Shown here: one piece after another, positions 1-45,521 of the stretch
How positions within the stretch are numbered: position 1 is the stretch's first letter
Layout of the letters: the number at the start of each line of letters is the position of its first letter
Assembly (NCBI GenBank): GCA_051362555.1
Contig: CM120647.1
Span: 9,238,001 to 9,302,000 of the forward strand
Length of the DNA stretch: 64,000 nucleotides
Reading direction: 5' to 3'
Origin: Lingula anatina
Taxonomy: Eukaryota > Animalia > Brachiopoda
Position numbers and translations under genes: made by a program
Notes under the pieces: generated by a model
What the model was told of the DNA's origin: nothing
Databases searched by the model: none
The model's input: only the letters and a program-made list of their open reading frames with translations

Positions 1-33122
<33,122 letters not shown>

Positions 33123-36100
33123 CCTTTGACCTATTATATAGGTTACCATGGAAACCACCATAGGGGTCACCGCTGGCAATGTGATCAGGGATAAAGGTGT
33201 CTCCAAGTTATAAACTAATTCCATATTCTTTGGTTTAAAAAGGAAATTGGATAATACATTTCCGTTTTATCTTTGATGAACAGCGAGATATCATCCCTTG
33301 CAAATATAATTGTCTGCCAAATGGTTACATGGCTGTCAGGAATTTATTTCTGGAAGGTGCAAAAGTGAAACTTCTGCCTCTTATGGCCACCAGAAAACTA
33401 ATCCCTAGATGGCTTGACAGTTCTGCTATGGAGGGCATCTCATAAACTGTCGCAAGAGAGGCCACTGTTTATATGTATATAGATACTTCAGTTTTCTTCT
33501 GTGTATATATAATATACTATGATGAATTTGTATTAAGAAGATGATGACTATTTGTGTATTGAACATTTAGAAAATATTGTCATGATTTTTCTGATTCTCT
33601 CCTGATGGTAGTCTGTAGCACTAATGGTAGTGTTTTAATCAAAGTATAACATTTATTTGCAAGTCCTGTGAATATATATTCATAAATGTATATTTACATA
33701 TACATATATTTTTTGGGCTCAGATTAAGGTTCTTATGATTATGAAATGACAAAATATAGTGTTACCATCCTTGGCGAAATTGTAGGCATTGCTAGGTGCT
33801 TAGCACACTCTTATTGGTTCTTGTGTTGATTGTTTTTATGCCAATGCATATTCAAATAGTAATTACGATAATGATTATTTTTATGACAGTTGTAATTTGA
33901 AAATAGTTTCTAGTATTTTTGATTATGCTCACTGAGACAGACTGTGTTCAACTATAAGACAATTTAAAGGCATTTCAAACATTTCTACTTCAGAGCAGTA
34001 ATAACAGTGTATTATCCTATGGATAAATCGGGTAAAGTGTCTGATCATTATAAATTGTTGTCTTTGTATAGACAGTGCATCCCATAGAAATGTATTAAGT
34101 TTTTTCTAGTTGGAAATGTAAATATGATTATGATCGTCTTAAATGGTATTTTAGTAGGATAAGCAAAATCATTAATAGCAGTCTAGGAACCTGGAAAGTA
34201 ACGATTTTTTTTTTTTTTTTGTAAATGTTAAATAGTCATAATATCGAATAACGCATTATGAAATGAAGCCTCGGGGTTTTAGTGATTTTCATTGTACATA
34301 AAGGGAACTGTTTTTTAATTGTTGTTTTACTTTTTTGCTCAAAATGACTAATCTGTCCATAATATTGTATATATTTGTCTTCACATGCCATAAACAACAA
34401 CCTCAGACTTTCTTGGAACACAGTGCCACCTAGTAACAAGCAGAAATGCTACAAAATGTGACCTCTACATTTTAGATTTTTAAAAAGTAGTGAAAATATT
34501 GGAGCAGCTCCCTCTACACTCTGGGTGCATTCTATAGGAGTGCCACCTACAGTTCAAATGAACAACTGAAATGTGCTTCAAGAGGTGTTTTTTGTAGTTC
34601 TGAGAGGCAAGCCTATAGGACAGTTTCATATGATGATACGCCTTGGGAATGGGTTTAATTTCAGGCCAAGATGAATGACTTGGATACAGTGTTCAATGGG
34701 GAAACCCTCTACATACACAATATATATTATATATCTCATAACAGCCATAATGTAGATACCGGGCTCCAAGTACGTGTAGCATGTTAAAGTGTATCTCATG
34801 GATAGAAATTATATTTTGTCAAGAGAAAATAAATGTTTTTCCTTTCCTTGCCAACTTATTGAATTTTATTGAAATGATTTGGTTCCAAACGTTTTTTTTT
34901 TTTTTTTTTGAATGACACTTGTTTTTATTTTGCCCAATTGACTACTTCAATAGTTTGATTTTGTCAAAGATATAAATTGAGGTTAAACAGATTCAGCAGT
35001 TTAAAACGACTTTAGTTTTTCAAAAAATGTAAAAAGTTCTATTTTTCTTATTCAAATGAGCCAAACTCTTGCTCTTTGGTTTTTATGGTTTCATTTCCTA
35101 GAATTCTGTTTTCGTCACGCCATTCTTTTAGCACTTGTTAATGAATGGTGCAAATGAACTTATGGTACGGAGGGATAAGAACAACTGAACTATTTTGAAT
35201 AAAGTCACCTGAATTTTTTTCTTTAAATGAAGTGCAGCAGCACATTTTTCAATTTTTCACTGATTTGACTCAAATATCCTTCAAATGGGTTGTTAGTGGC
35301 AGTGGTTTGGTTCAGAATAGTAGCCATTTGGTTAAAATGAAAATCCTGCTGGCATTATGAAAATGGTAGCATTGTAACTTAAAGCGTTCCAAATGTCCAC
35401 ATCAGCAAGTACATGGTTTTACAGTACACTTGATAAGGTACGCAAAGTTTCATTCATTAATGAAAGTTTTTCAGGGAAAACTCCGATCACTTTGCATACC
35501 TGCAAGGAACCAAAATAAAAAAAGGAAAAAAAAAAGACTAATAGTTGAATTTATTAAAGATAAAAAAGGAAGATTTTTTTGCACCAAAATTCACTTACCA
35601 ACCTTAAATCTGCCTCTCCAGACACTTACCACAACCCTGTAAAAATTTTGGAAAAAGCATAAGATCAAAACCCGCGCATTTTCCAGATACGCCATTTATT
35701 CCATTGACTTGAGTTCCCGATATGTTGGGACTTAAGGCGTCTTGGCTCGTATTTTTTTCAAACAGTGTCAAGATGGCTGACTACCGAGGTTTGACAAGGC
35801 ATGGTAAATATGATTATTTTTTGGAATATCAAGGCCATTTATATGTCATTTTATATTTCACAAGTTGAAATTGTCCTCATAAGTTCAACAAGAAGCGATC
35901 CATGCACTTGAAAGCGTTGTAAATCCCACATTGTGTTCTAAATCTCAGCCCTAATTACCACCCGATCGTCCTCATGAAAGGAAAGTCATGAACATTAAGT
36001 CAATTCATTTGCACGTAATTACCAATTTCTTGGAATATCAAAGAGAGAGAATAAAACAACATTTCCCTTCATTAGTTTATTGTTAAAACCTGTATCAAAA

Positions 36101-37035
36101 ATAGAATAATTTACACTTAAAGTAACACATTCACCCCAGTTAACCTTTTATACCAATGTTTCACTGTGGACAACAAAGTTGTCTTGCCAATATAATTTAA
36201 ATAACAAACCCCACATCACGTAATACCATTTAAATATCAACCAACAAAATGTCAAAATTAACATCAGGGATGAGACTGCCATTTAGTTAAAAAGTATCAA
36301 TTTGTCATGGGGTCCAGATCGACCTACCCCAACCCCCAATCTTCCCTTAAGTTTTTATTGCAGTTCTGCATCTATCTCAAAAATGATATTTTTTAGCTAG
36401 TACCAAAATGTTGGAAGTCTGCAAATAGTTGGAAAGATCTCATCCCTGTAATATTCGTCCACAGAATAAACTGCTTCAGACTGTAAATGCAAGGGTACTG
36501 TATTTACTGAGACATTAGATAGTGTTGTTCCTCTGCCAAGGAGAATTCGTGAAAAGTGCATAACATTTTTGTATTGACCTTTTCCTTCAGCAAAGAAGCA
36601 ATAACAAGATCTTGAGAAGACCCGTAGGCAGGGGTGGTTGGGTGCTGGTTTGGAGAACCACCCCTCCATCACGGAAAAGGTCTGCTCTAAGTAAAAATGT
36701 GGTCTACATTCCATCCCACTGTGGCAAAAAATGTCCTCTTATCATGAAAAAGATCCCCCCCCAATTTTCCCCCTTTTTTAACCTGCAATAGAAGCCCCTC
36801 CTTTCCCTCCACCATAATAATCTTGGAAGCTTATTGTTCTTATTTCTCTCCATCAGTTTAAGGAGTCCATCTTAGTCACTTCCATTAACCACCTGTTCAA
36901 CCACAACTGTAATCAAGGAATGCTATAACAGAAAGAAGCTGATTTGCTTTCTTCCCTCTTACAGTTAACACTGACTCCTTTTTTGGGGTATTCCTTTTTA
37001 TCCTCTTTTCCTCTTTGCTTTCACTTCATGGGAGT

Positions 37036-40003
37036 TCATTTCTTTTTTTCCTTTTCTTCAGCCTCTTGTTTCTTTGCCTGTCTTTGTATTTGTTTTGTTT
37101 TCAGGCTGACCATTAACTGTGACACTTCCCATAGCCATAACATCTACAATGTTATTATTAATAGATATAAAACTGTTGCATTGATATAATAGATATATGG
37201 ATACAAAACAATGTCAATAAATCTTTAAAAATTAAATACATAAAAAGCAGAGTTGAACAATAAAAAAGAATAACAGATTTCATTCTATTATAGACTGATC
37301 CAAATTCTGACAAAAGACAACATAGCAAACATGTTAAATAAAAACTGTAATCACTAAAAAAACTGAGAACTAAAGAAACTATTTTCACAACTGTTACAAT
37401 TACTGTGAAAGATTTTATATTACCTCAAAATGTTTAAGGTTTTACCTGAACAGCAAATAAGCCTAAGATGGTTACACAGTATCATTCATTACTTTTTGTG
37501 TTTGAATTAAAAGGAACTCCAAATAGACTCAATTCAGAGAGAGAGAGAGAGAGAGAGAAAAGGAGCATACCACAATTGCCATACATCCCAGCAATAAAGG
37601 TGTAGACAACAGGAGAGATATAAACAGCCCGTTACTATCAAAATACTGCTGCTTTGAAAACAGCCTGAAATCAAGGAATTTCAATAACAGTAACAGAGTA
37701 AATAGTTTCATCCAAAATGATCCGGATTTGGAATTGCAAAATTATCTGATTCACTTTAAAAAGTCATTAAAAAAATTTTAATTTAGAAACCAATTAAAAA
37801 TAAAAATATATAATGTTGCAAACATTTAACTTGGAAATTCACAATTTAATGTCAACTTAAATGTACTAGTCAAATACAAACAAAATACATTAGAATATGT
37901 ATGAAAATCTTAAATATAAAAAATTATAATTATTTTTAATTATATAAATAAACATACCTCCAATGTTCAGCTGCTTTTTCATTTATATTTTCAGAAAAAT
38001 ATACCACCATTACTGAAATAATTCAAATAATAAGAAAAAGATTATCAACCAAGAAGGCAATTGTTTTAGTTAAGTTAAGCATATCTCCGGGAAAATTTTA
38101 AACAAAATTACATTTTAATCCTTACTCGAGCTCTTAAGTGCATGTTAAAATCTGCCAAAGGGTGCTTTCCCAGAGATTTAGAGCGATCTAAAGATTAAGA
38201 TTTAGATCGACCTAACTCCCTGGGTCTTCACGCCAAATTGCAGTCAGCCGAGCAGGCACCATAGTTAATTACCCCCTTACAGCTTTTAGTAGGCGGGACA
38301 GATGCTTAAGCCGGTCAAGCTGACAGTAATCTAGTGAGACTCCCCACAGGGATAGATCGATCTAAAAATCTATGGAAATGGGGTGAAAGTTTCAAGCACC
38401 TGTCAAACACAGCATGCATACAGACATGCAATGGCAAGTTGGATTACCTTATAAACTAGTATGAGTCACAAATCTATCTCTCTTTCTCACACACATGCAC
38501 GGGTGTGTACATATACACAGACATGCACATGCAAACACATATGTGTAGGAGTCCATGTTCCTCCCTACCCAGGTTCTTCTAATATTTTACTTGTCACTGA
38601 TGCATGGGAGAGGGAATATAACCACAGAACTCACATATTCAGTTCCAAGTCTAAAAGTCCTTCATGAGCATAATTTTCAAAATCTGTCACAGCCCTTTCA
38701 TCTACAGCATGTTTCTCCTCAAACTGTGGGTCATCATTTTCAAGTCCTTCATCAGCACTCTTCACATTATCTCTTAAAGCATTATCATCTATAGCAAGTT
38801 TCTCATCATACTTCAGTTCACCCATTTTACTCTCACTTAATCTTTTGTCATCATCATCATCAGTTTTCTTCCCTAGCTCTTGTTCATAATCTTTCTCGAC
38901 AGACACTATATGTTTCTCCCCTTTTTCGAAATCGGTTCTCTGTCCAACCTCTTGATCATTTACAAAAATAATGTCCTCGCTCAGTTCATTCCCATCATAT
39001 GCACATATACATACACAAAAAACAGACAAACATGTATGCGAATACTCACATCAAGATGTATACACATGCACATGTATACAAACACATACATGTACATATA
39101 CACACATGCACACACACACAAATATGCACATGTAAACATAACTTACACATGAAGACAAAGAGAACAGCTTGTGCAGCACCTGTCCTGCTAGTTATATAGA
39201 TCAGGGTATAGCAAAGCAGGTGGAAGCCTAGTAAGCAAAGAATCCACGTCTCTGTCCAATCAATCTGTAAATAAAAGAGAAAAATAATTTTCACAAACAG
39301 GAAGATACATTCACATTATACTTCTAAGACCAAACTAAGGGACAATTTCCAATGAAACTATTGTTCTACATTGATCAATCCAACTCTGCAGGGACTCCTG
39401 CTGAATGCAATCAAATTAAGAAGCTGGGAGGTGATTAACTTTTTTGCGCATTCGGTTACACTGAAAATGAAGAGCAAATGAATGTTAATCCCCCCTAGCT
39501 GTTCAAGGCCTATCACTCAGTTGATCTGATTGCATTTAGCAAGAGCCCCCACCGAGTTGGAGTGATCTACGTGAAACAATAGCTTCATAGAGAATGAGCC
39601 CTAACTTAGTGTCTGTGTTCTTGTTGCTGTTTTGTAAACTTGGTAAATTACAGTACAGGTACATGAATTTTGTCAGTGTACGAGAGTCCCCTGGGATTCA
39701 GGATCCAGGATACAGGTAAGCCTCGTTCTATAATTTGATCCATTTGCGTCACGCTAATCCTAACCTGTATGAATCTAATGGAGGGAAGACCCTCTTGTGT
39801 CAAATGCACACTGTCACTAGACTCAGTTTTTAATACCTTCATCCTTAACTAGTAATTGGTATTAATTTATGATGTGTGGTGCCGACAGAATCAAATACGG
39901 GGTCAAATTAAGTTAATAAAAGTTGCCAATGCACTGTCATTGTACTCACAGTCAACAAATAACTCCATATACCGGTAATTTCATCTACTGCTACTGGCCT
40001 CAT
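37036..40003 (-). CDS. TMEM18: Transmembrane protein 18 (142 aa, 5 coding exons)
   Basis: Minus-strand exons 40003-39950, 39264-39147, 38012-37958, 37664-37571, 37143-37036 total 429 nt: [18 protein letters not shown]|[15 protein letters not shown]...|[18 protein letters not shown]|[25 protein letters not shown]...|[15 protein letters not shown]...EKEKKK*. This matches the TMEM18 signatures DWTEPW, EYINE, WRLFSKxQYFDSxG and the basic C-terminal tail. Confidence 0.93.
38164..38384 (+). mobile_element. MITE family A, copy 4 (TMEM18 intron)
   Basis: Same-orientation match to 3430-3639. Confidence 0.8.
39343..39597. mobile_element. Long-TIR MITE-like element in TMEM18 intron 1
   Basis: ~75-bp imperfect inverted arms (ATGAAACTATTGTT...GCTGAATGCAATCA / TGATTGCATTTAGC...AACAATAGCTTCAT). 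Confidence 0.6.
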
Positions 40004-40300
40004 TATTTACAAGATTTAAAACACTAATAAGTCTCACTCATTTACGTTTTCAATTTTAGCAATAAGGGCACTGCCAAGATGAGACACAACCAAAGATATC
40101 TGCTTATTACCTTTCTCCAACATATATTTATGGCATAAGCACATTTTATATTCTTAAGTATAACGTATAATGAAAATACCCAAAACTCCTTTTTTCTATC
40201 AATAAAAGATATTTTCTCTTTGCTTTTCTTGGTGACAGATGGCGCAGTAATCAACACGCTTGCGCACATAACTTTTCTCTTCGATTCGCCATATTGAAAG
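40004..40300. promoter_or_regulatory. Shared TMEM18/RPLP0 bidirectional promoter and RPLP0 non-coding first exon with 5'TOP/TCT-like pyrimidine start (~40272-40300)
   Basis: CTTTTCTCTTC at 40272 is followed by YY1-like CGCCATATT (40287-40295) and donor AAG|GTATGT at 40300/40301. GATGGCGCAG lies at 40238. The TMEM18 ATG is at 40003 on the opposite strand. Confidence 0.7.
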
Positions 40301-40769
40301 GTATGTCAGGCACCACACGTGGCTCCTAATTTTGATCTCATTTTGACATCTTTTGCTCCCATGAACTAAGCCCACAGTCCATAGTTTGTTTTTACGAACT
40401 TCTCAGCTAAAAGTTTCTCAAATTTTACACGAATGAAGGCTTTTTTTATGAAGTAAATCTGATAGATAGACAGCAAGACTTGAAGTTGAACAAGTAACGT
40501 GGGCAGAACTCCCGGAAGCTTTCTCACTGTCCAACTGAATAACCTACAACTCTTAAAAAGACCTCGTTTCCTTGAAAAATGAAATATACCTTACATCTTC
40601 TTGTTCATTTAGTTATAAATGTGACACTATTATCTGTTGCCCTTACTTGTAAAGTTAAAACTGGCCGAGCATTTAGGAGTAATATTTCAAATGTAAAAAT
40701 TTATTGTTCCTTCTTTCAAGTTTCAGACTTGTCTTTAAACGGCTCTAAGCTATCCCTAACTCACACAAG

Positions 40770-43700
40770 ATGGTTAAGGAAGATAAGTCCACCTGGAAGT
40801 CCAACTACTTCCTGAAGTTGATTCAGCTCCTGGACGAGTACCCCAAGTGTTTCCTTGTGGGTGCTGACAATGTCGGCTCCAAACAGATGCAGCAGATCAG
40901 AAGGTCCATGCGTGGAAAAGCTGGTAAGTAGAACTACTTATACTTATCACTTACAGTAACTACTTCATCCTGTCACCCATGGATAGGAAATTTATAACGA
41001 AAATGGATTACATGTGCTTTTAGTTATATTAACTTAAGTCTTGTTTCATCACTAATATGGACCCCACCTTCAATAATTGCCAACCTCGCTTAAGTATCCA
41101 TCTCAGTATTTTAACAATTTATTGTGTCGTTCGGTTGTCAAGGTGTTACTGCTTGAGCAACACAGGGTGACTCCTGCTCTCGCCACCAATGCCAACCAAT
41201 TATTGAACCGAGCAAATGATTTCTTTCCTCTCATATAGCAACTATAAATGTGGATGTTTCTCTCCTTTCCAGTTGTATTGATGGGAAAGAACACCATGAT
41301 GCGTAAGGCCATCACTGGTCACATGTCGAACAATCCATCTCTGGAGAGGTGAGGTCAAGGTCATAGTGTAATGCACAATCTCTATAAATGTATAGTTAAT
41401 TTACGTACAATCAATTTTTTTTTTTTTTTCGAATCCAATTCAAGTAATAAATTGGATTTTTTCTTGTCAGTTTTCTGCCTCCATTTATAAGGTCACTGAG
41501 CTGTTTCTTCCTACTTTTTTCTTACAACTCGAAATCATGCTTGCAATTAAAGAAAGATAGTATATAATTTACTATGAAGGATTTTGGTTTTTATGAATCT
41601 AATTTAAAAAAAAACATCCATCAAAAATAACAATTTTCCATCTAGAACAGTCAGCTAGCCTTCTTACATAATAGCCAGGCTATTTCTGTAATACAGAATG
41701 CATCACTCAAGTAAACCATTCAGTGTGAAAAGGGTTCCAAGTATTGGTAGAATGCATTGACCAAGATTTGCTCAAGAGTTTTATTCTGAATGTGTTTCTT
41801 ACAGGCTGCTCCCTCACATTAGAGGCAATGTAGGCTTTGTGTTCACCAAGGAGGATCTCAACGAAACCAGAGATTTGATCCTGTCAAACAAGGTAAAAAA
41901 AAAGAAAAGAAAACAGGTTCCTTTACTGCTGAGGATATTTTCTTTCTTTTAATATATTTTCATTGATATGTCATCATTTTCATTATTGATTTTATCGATT
42001 TATTAATTTATGCATTATTTTGATTTTTAAATAATTTTAAATGGATCATTTTACTTGGCATTACTCCCTCACTCAATGTGTGTAGGCTCAATCTGGTTGT
42101 TCTGCTGTCTTCCAACTGTCATCTTTTCCTTTGTATTGATCTGTGTAAAGAGTTGAGAATATCAACAAACTTGTACTTTACAAAGTCTCAAAAGTATATT
42201 GAGCAAATTTGTATACTTGACTTTAAAAATATTATTATTATTATTTCTATTTTTTATTGTTATGATAATTATTATTATATCAATATTATTATTATTATCT
42301 CTAGGTCCCTGCTGCAGCCAAGGCAGGTGCTCTGGCCCCAGTGGACGTGAGGATTCCAGCTCAGAACACTGGCCTGGGACCAGAGAAGACCTCCTTCTTC
42401 CAGGCTCTGTCCATCCCAACCAAGATTTCCAAGGGAACCATTGAAATCTTGGTAAGTGATCTGCTATGTGGCTGGTGTTTTATTTGGAAAACTTTTTAAA
42501 GCCCAACCTTAGATGTGCCACACACTGCTGGTGGTACATGCTCAGGAGGTGGTTACACCTTTCAGGTTATTTCTATAGAACTTGGAAAACCTTTAAAAGC
42601 TCACTTTGATGTGGTCAAGCCTCTCTGATCCTATAGTTTGCCTTGTTTTTCTGTTCAATTTGCTTTCATTATACTGTAATACTTTTGCCACACTCAGGTG
42701 GTGGTGCACACTCAGAAGTCCGTGAAGCCTCTCTGATGTGCTAGATGGACTTGTTTTCTGAACAATTTACTTTCATATCCTGGTTTTCCATTTCAGAATG
42801 AAGTCCATTTGATCAAGGTTGGGGACAGAGTAGGAGCTTCTGAGGCCACCCTGCTTCAGATGTTGAAGATCTTCCCTTTTACCTATGGGTTGATCATTGA
42901 ACAAGGTAAAACACAACAGGAAAAAGAAGGAAGAAAGAAAAGGAGATGTTAATATTTTGCTTTTTTGTGCCATTGGTACCAGATTAGTGTTGAATCATTC
43001 ATTAAGATGGGTTGTTCATTGCTCATGGTACTACAGTAAAAGAAGTTGATGCTTGTATTAAAGCATGTTTTATTTTAAGCTTATTCATTTCAAATCAAAA
43101 TCTATATAAAAAAAATCTGGCCCAGAAAGTAAATTTTTGTTTTTCTTAGTTGATCAAGCAGTCTTTGTTTCAGAATCTTTTGTCGTCAGCTCACGAGATT
43201 GTGCTTTTATTTCAGTCTACGACTCCGGTACAGTCTTCTCGCCTGAAATCTTGGACATTAAGCCAGAGGACATCCGTAAAACCTTCATGGAGGTGAGAAG
43301 ATAAAAGACACTCTCATGATCTTTAAACCAGTCATTTTTTTCTTCAATTGATAGTTGGTATTAAAATCGATGATTATCTCCAATATTGCATTGTAGATCT
43401 AGAGCATCTGTATTAAGGTCCGAGTCTCGCTTATCTTTATAGAATTAGATCAGTGAATAAAAAAGTACATTGTTGAATGAGATATAGGAAAAAATTAGAG
43501 AGTTTAAGCTATTGATAAAATGTCAAAGAAATCGAGCGCTACCTAAAGCAGATGAAACTCTTAATTGGAACGTTTCATATCTTTTTGTAGGGAGTGAGGA
43601 ACATTGCCGCCATTTCTCTGGAAATCGGCTACCCTACCGCAGCCTCTGCTCCACACAGCATCATCAACGGCTTCAAGAACTTGCTGGCCATTGCCGTGGA

Positions 43701-44220
43701 AACAGACTACAGTTTCCCTGCAGCTGAAACTGTGAGTGACTCGTGCTAAACCTATTTTGTATATAAAGAGTAGGACAGAAAATTGTGTATATTATTATTG
43801 GAATTTACAGGAATTTTCTTGTAGAGAAAAGCGAATTATTGATGATTGAGAAAAAGAACAAATACTATTAACATATTCTTTGTTGATGTGAAACATGCAA
43901 TTTACTACACCAAGCTGGGGTAGCGCTAACACTCGCCAATTTAGCCAAATGCTAAAACTGACTAAACTGGCTAAAGAAAAGGTTAGCTCAGCATTTCTTT
44001 GAAGTTCAAAAAATTCATTGAAGAATTTGGTAATTTACCAGACAACTTTTTTGGCCTATCATTCCAGGTTAAGGAGTACCTCGCTGACCCATCCAAGTTT
44101 GCCGCTGCAGTCTCCGCCGCTGCTCCAGCTGCTGCTGAAGAGAAGAAGGAAGAGGCTCCGGCAGCCAAGGAAGAGTCCGAGGAGTCCGACGACGACATGG
44201 GCTTCGGTCTCTTTGATTAG
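40770..44220 (+). CDS. RPLP0: 60S acidic ribosomal protein P0 (uL10), 314 aa
   Basis: Coding exons 40770-40923, 41273-41348, 41805-41892, 42305-42451, 42797-42905, 43216-43292, 43591-43731, 44068-44220 total 945 nt. [44 protein letters not shown]..., [26 protein letters not shown], and the P-protein tail [16 protein letters not shown]. Confidence 0.98.
41140..41250 (+). repeat. Interspersed ~110-bp repeat (second copy at ~52020-52130)
   Basis: CTGCTYGAGCAACAYAGRGTGACTCC...TAGCAACTATAAAT is present in both RPLP0 intron 2 and CAMSAP intron 1. Confidence 0.75.
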
Positions 44221-44937
44221 AGTTCCTTAGTACAGCGACATGCTGCATTTCTGTTCTTTTGACTGTATCTTTCACTTGGGAATAAGAACTGCTCTAGAAA
44301 AAGGACGTATGTTTTAATATTGATGTCATCTCGGTGAATTTGCAAATTTTATGGCCATGAAGTGCCCGGCTAGATGCACATGGCACGGATAGCCAACAAG
44401 CGTACCTGTGATGTACAGAAAAAGACAGAAATAAAGAAAGAAAAAAATGAAGTAATTATCTCTCCTGATTTGTTGTTTTTTCATTTTTTCATTTCGTCAT
44501 GCTTACCTTTTCCTATTTGTACTTTTTCCATGCAAGGGCTCGGGGTTAATTCTTCACACATAAGACAGTGATTTTTGTGAATGATATTGATAACCATTTT
44601 ATTGATTTTGCTGAAACATTTGACATTCGAAAGTGGACATGATTAATGATAATGAATTTTGGTAAACACGGTTAAAATCTGTAAAAGCCATGAAAAAGTA
44701 AAAACATTTCGATAAAGAACGTATGGAAATGGTTAAAGAGAATTTTACACTGCATGGGAAAAACCTCAACTCAGCAAAAGTGCTTTTGTGTATTTTTGAG
44801 CTAAAAAATATCGAAAGCCTCGTTTAACTGACGAAAGCTTTCAAAAATGAATATCTTTACAGCAAATTGGTTACACATCAAAACAACCAAACGTGTAACA
44901 ACAGATTTTTAAATGTTTCTGATTACTTTGAAAATAG

Positions 44938-45116
44938 ATTGGCAATATTGAATAAAAGCAGTAAAACTTGCGTCAACATTTGCTGTTCTGTAGCAAATAG
45001 TGTTAAAACGAAGAGAAAGAGTATTTTAGATTGACAATATTGAAAGCAATAAAACTTGCGTCAAAGTTTGCTGTTCTGTGGCAAATGGTGTTAAAACGAG
45101 GAGAAAGAGTATTTTA
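44938..45116 (+). repeat. ~90-bp tandem duplication upstream of the CAMSAP promoter
   Basis: ATTGRCAATATTGAA...AAAACTTGCGTCAA...TTAAAACGARGAGAAAGAGTATTTTA occurs twice. Confidence 0.8.
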
Positions 45117-45159
45117 TTCGAAATTGCACATTTGTTTCACGTGGGGGCTGCCATTAGCT

Positions 45160-45240
45160 TCCTGGATGTTGCATTGTGGGAGGAAGTGTCCAACTTCCAG
45201 TAATACGCATGCGTCTTGTGATGGGAAGATTTTTCTGTGA
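45160..45240 (+). promoter_or_regulatory. Probable CAMSAP core promoter (ZNF143/Staf-like, ETS and NRF1-like motifs)
   Basis: GCATTGTGGGA (45171-45181), GGAAGT and palindromic ACGCATGCGT (45205-45214) cluster ~300 bp upstream of the ATG. Confidence 0.45.
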
Positions 45241-45521
45241 GAGTCGAATTTGTAATTAGTGTTGTGCATTCATAGTCATATCTTTTTTAATTTAAACTAA
45301 TTAATGGCCAGGAATAAATAGGACAACGAGCACCATTCTTCGTATCTCAGGGAATGTAAGTCATTTTTTCCAAGGAGCGGAATTCGATTTTAACAAGACC
45401 TCTGTCAAACCAAAACACCGACCGCCAAATGAAATAACTGGAGAAAATAGATGCCCAGGTTGTCGGACCAACATTCAGTGAAAATAAGAAGATGATATCA
45501 TATAATTACTGAAAAGACAGC

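Noticed and set aside
33536-33598. ATGATGA...CTGA with a short AGAA/TTCT stem resembling a C/D snoRNA
   Set aside because: It lies in the NCOA 3'UTR rather than an intron, is short and AT-rich, and has no recognisable rRNA guide. It is likely chance.
40301-44067. Intronic snoRNAs in RPLP0 (common in ribosomal protein genes)
   Set aside because: I found no convincing RUGAUGA...CUGA pair with a terminal stem and no clear H/ACA double hairpin by eye. The structured bits seen match interspersed repeats or a local duplication (42480-42780). An Infernal/Rfam scan would be needed.
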